In this document: positions 48,215 through 49,069 of the stretch, piece after piece | Position numbering within the stretch: position 1 is the first letter of the stretch | Layout: every line of letters starts with the position of its first letter | Source: Nitrospira sp. | GTDB lineage: Bacteria > Nitrospirota > Nitrospiria > Nitrospirales > Nitrospiraceae | NCBI GenBank assembly: GCA_024281365.1 | Contig: JAMXAU010000001.1 | Span: 1-49,069, forward strand | Length of the DNA stretch: 49,069 bases | Direction: 5' to 3' | Translations under genes and position numbers: made by a program | Notes under the pieces: model-generated | Told to the model about the DNA's origin: nothing | The model's database searches: none | What the model saw: only the letters and a program-made list of their open reading frames with translations

Positions 48215-49014
48215 GTGGACGGTTGGATAGCACGTTTGCACGCCTTCGTCAGAACAAGGAGAAGGCCCTCATTGCCTATCTCATGGCCGGGGACCCCGGA
48301 CTGGCTGAGACCGAGCAGCTCGTCGTCGCTCTTGAGCAGGCCGGCGCCGATATCATCGAGCTGGGTGTCCCGTTTTCAGATCCCATTGCCGATGGGCCAG
48401 TGATTCAGCAGGCGGCAGAGCGCGCCTTGAAGAACGGCACATCGCTTCGGCAAATTCTCACGTCGGTCACGTCCCTCCGTCAGCGCACGGAGATTCCAAT
48501 CATTCTCATGCTGTACTACAACTCCATTCATGCCATGGGCTGTGAAGAGTTTTGTAAGGCGGCGAAAGCCGCTGGAGTGGATGGATTGATCGTCCCTGAT
48601 ATGCCGCCGGACGAAGCAGGACCGCTCAAGGCTCCGGCAGATGCGGTGGGACTCTCACTGATCTTCTTACTCGCGCCGACCAGCACGACCGATCGGCGGA
48701 AACTGGTGGCGAAAGAGTCGCACGGCTTTGTTTACTATGTCTCGCTGACCGGTATTACCGGAGCCAAACTCAGTAATGCGACAGACATCCAACAGAATAT
48801 TGATAAACTCAGGAAGGTGTCGGCCGCTCCTGTCGCCGTGGGCTTCGGGGTCGCGACTCCAGAGGATGCCGCACGCGTGTCGAAGATGGCGGATGGGGTG
48901 ATTGTCGGCAGCGCTATCGTGAAACAGATTGCAGCGCATCAACAAGATCCCGGCATGGTCAGACACGTCGCCGAGTTTGTGCGATCGTTGAAAGCTGCAA
49001 TGGTACCAGCCTAA
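48211..49014 (+). CDS. trpA: Tryptophan synthase alpha chain
   Basis: [30 protein letters not shown] and ADGVIVGSA; ATGA overlap with trpB. Confidence 0.97.
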   Translation: MSGRLDSTFARLRQNKEKALIAYLMAGDPGLAETEQLVVALEQAGADIIELGVPFSDPIADGPVIQQAAERALKNGTSLRQILTSVTSLRQRTEIPIILMLYYNSIHAMGCEEFCKAAKAAGVDGLIVPDMPPDEAGPLKAPADAVGLSLIFLLAPTSTTDRRKLVAKESHGFVYYVSLTGITGAKLSNATDIQQNIDKLRKVSAAPVAVGFGVATPEDAARVSKMADGVIVGSAIVKQIAAHQQDPGMVRHVAEFVRSLKAAMVPA

Positions 49015-49069
49015 TAAACTCCCTGGTGATGCTCTCAGACCTAGGCTGAGGTTTCGTCACACAGAGCAA

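Overview
Bacterial chromosomal window. Gene content, protein style and the intergenic repeat family suggest Nitrospira/Nitrospirota (inference, not verified). Left to right: a partial GH15 glycoside hydrolase divergent from a trehalose synthesis pair, whose OtsA carries an unusual N-terminal TM-sensor-TM-HAMP-like module and is followed by otsB; a fused membrane/spermidine-synthase-like gene; ugd; a MITE-like repeat; two nested IS5-family (IS427-like) elements; a seven-gene minus-strand operon (an apparently catalytically dead alkaline-phosphatase-superfamily protein, a small secreted protein and five tandem HEAT-repeat proteins); a divergent trio (two LPP20/FlgT-N-like exported proteins and an alpha/beta-hydrolase-like protein lacking its nucleophile Ser); lon; a Nudix hydrolase; two PilZ proteins; a short mutY-mutT-3'-5' exonuclease operon; a frameshifted gene; miaB-mtaB; ampG; class II ribonucleotide reductase nrdJ with NrdR and DnaA boxes; ACT, rlpA, a CorC/HlyC-family gene, ligA, a LysM protein and a complete trpEGDCFBA operon. 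No rRNA, tRNA or CRISPR array was recognised. The best candidates for undescribed biology are the HEAT-repeat/pseudoenzyme locus (8.6-18.4 kb), the receptor-fused trehalose-6-phosphate synthase, and a modular family of intergenic palindromic elements. All family assignments come from motifs read by eye; no database searches were run.
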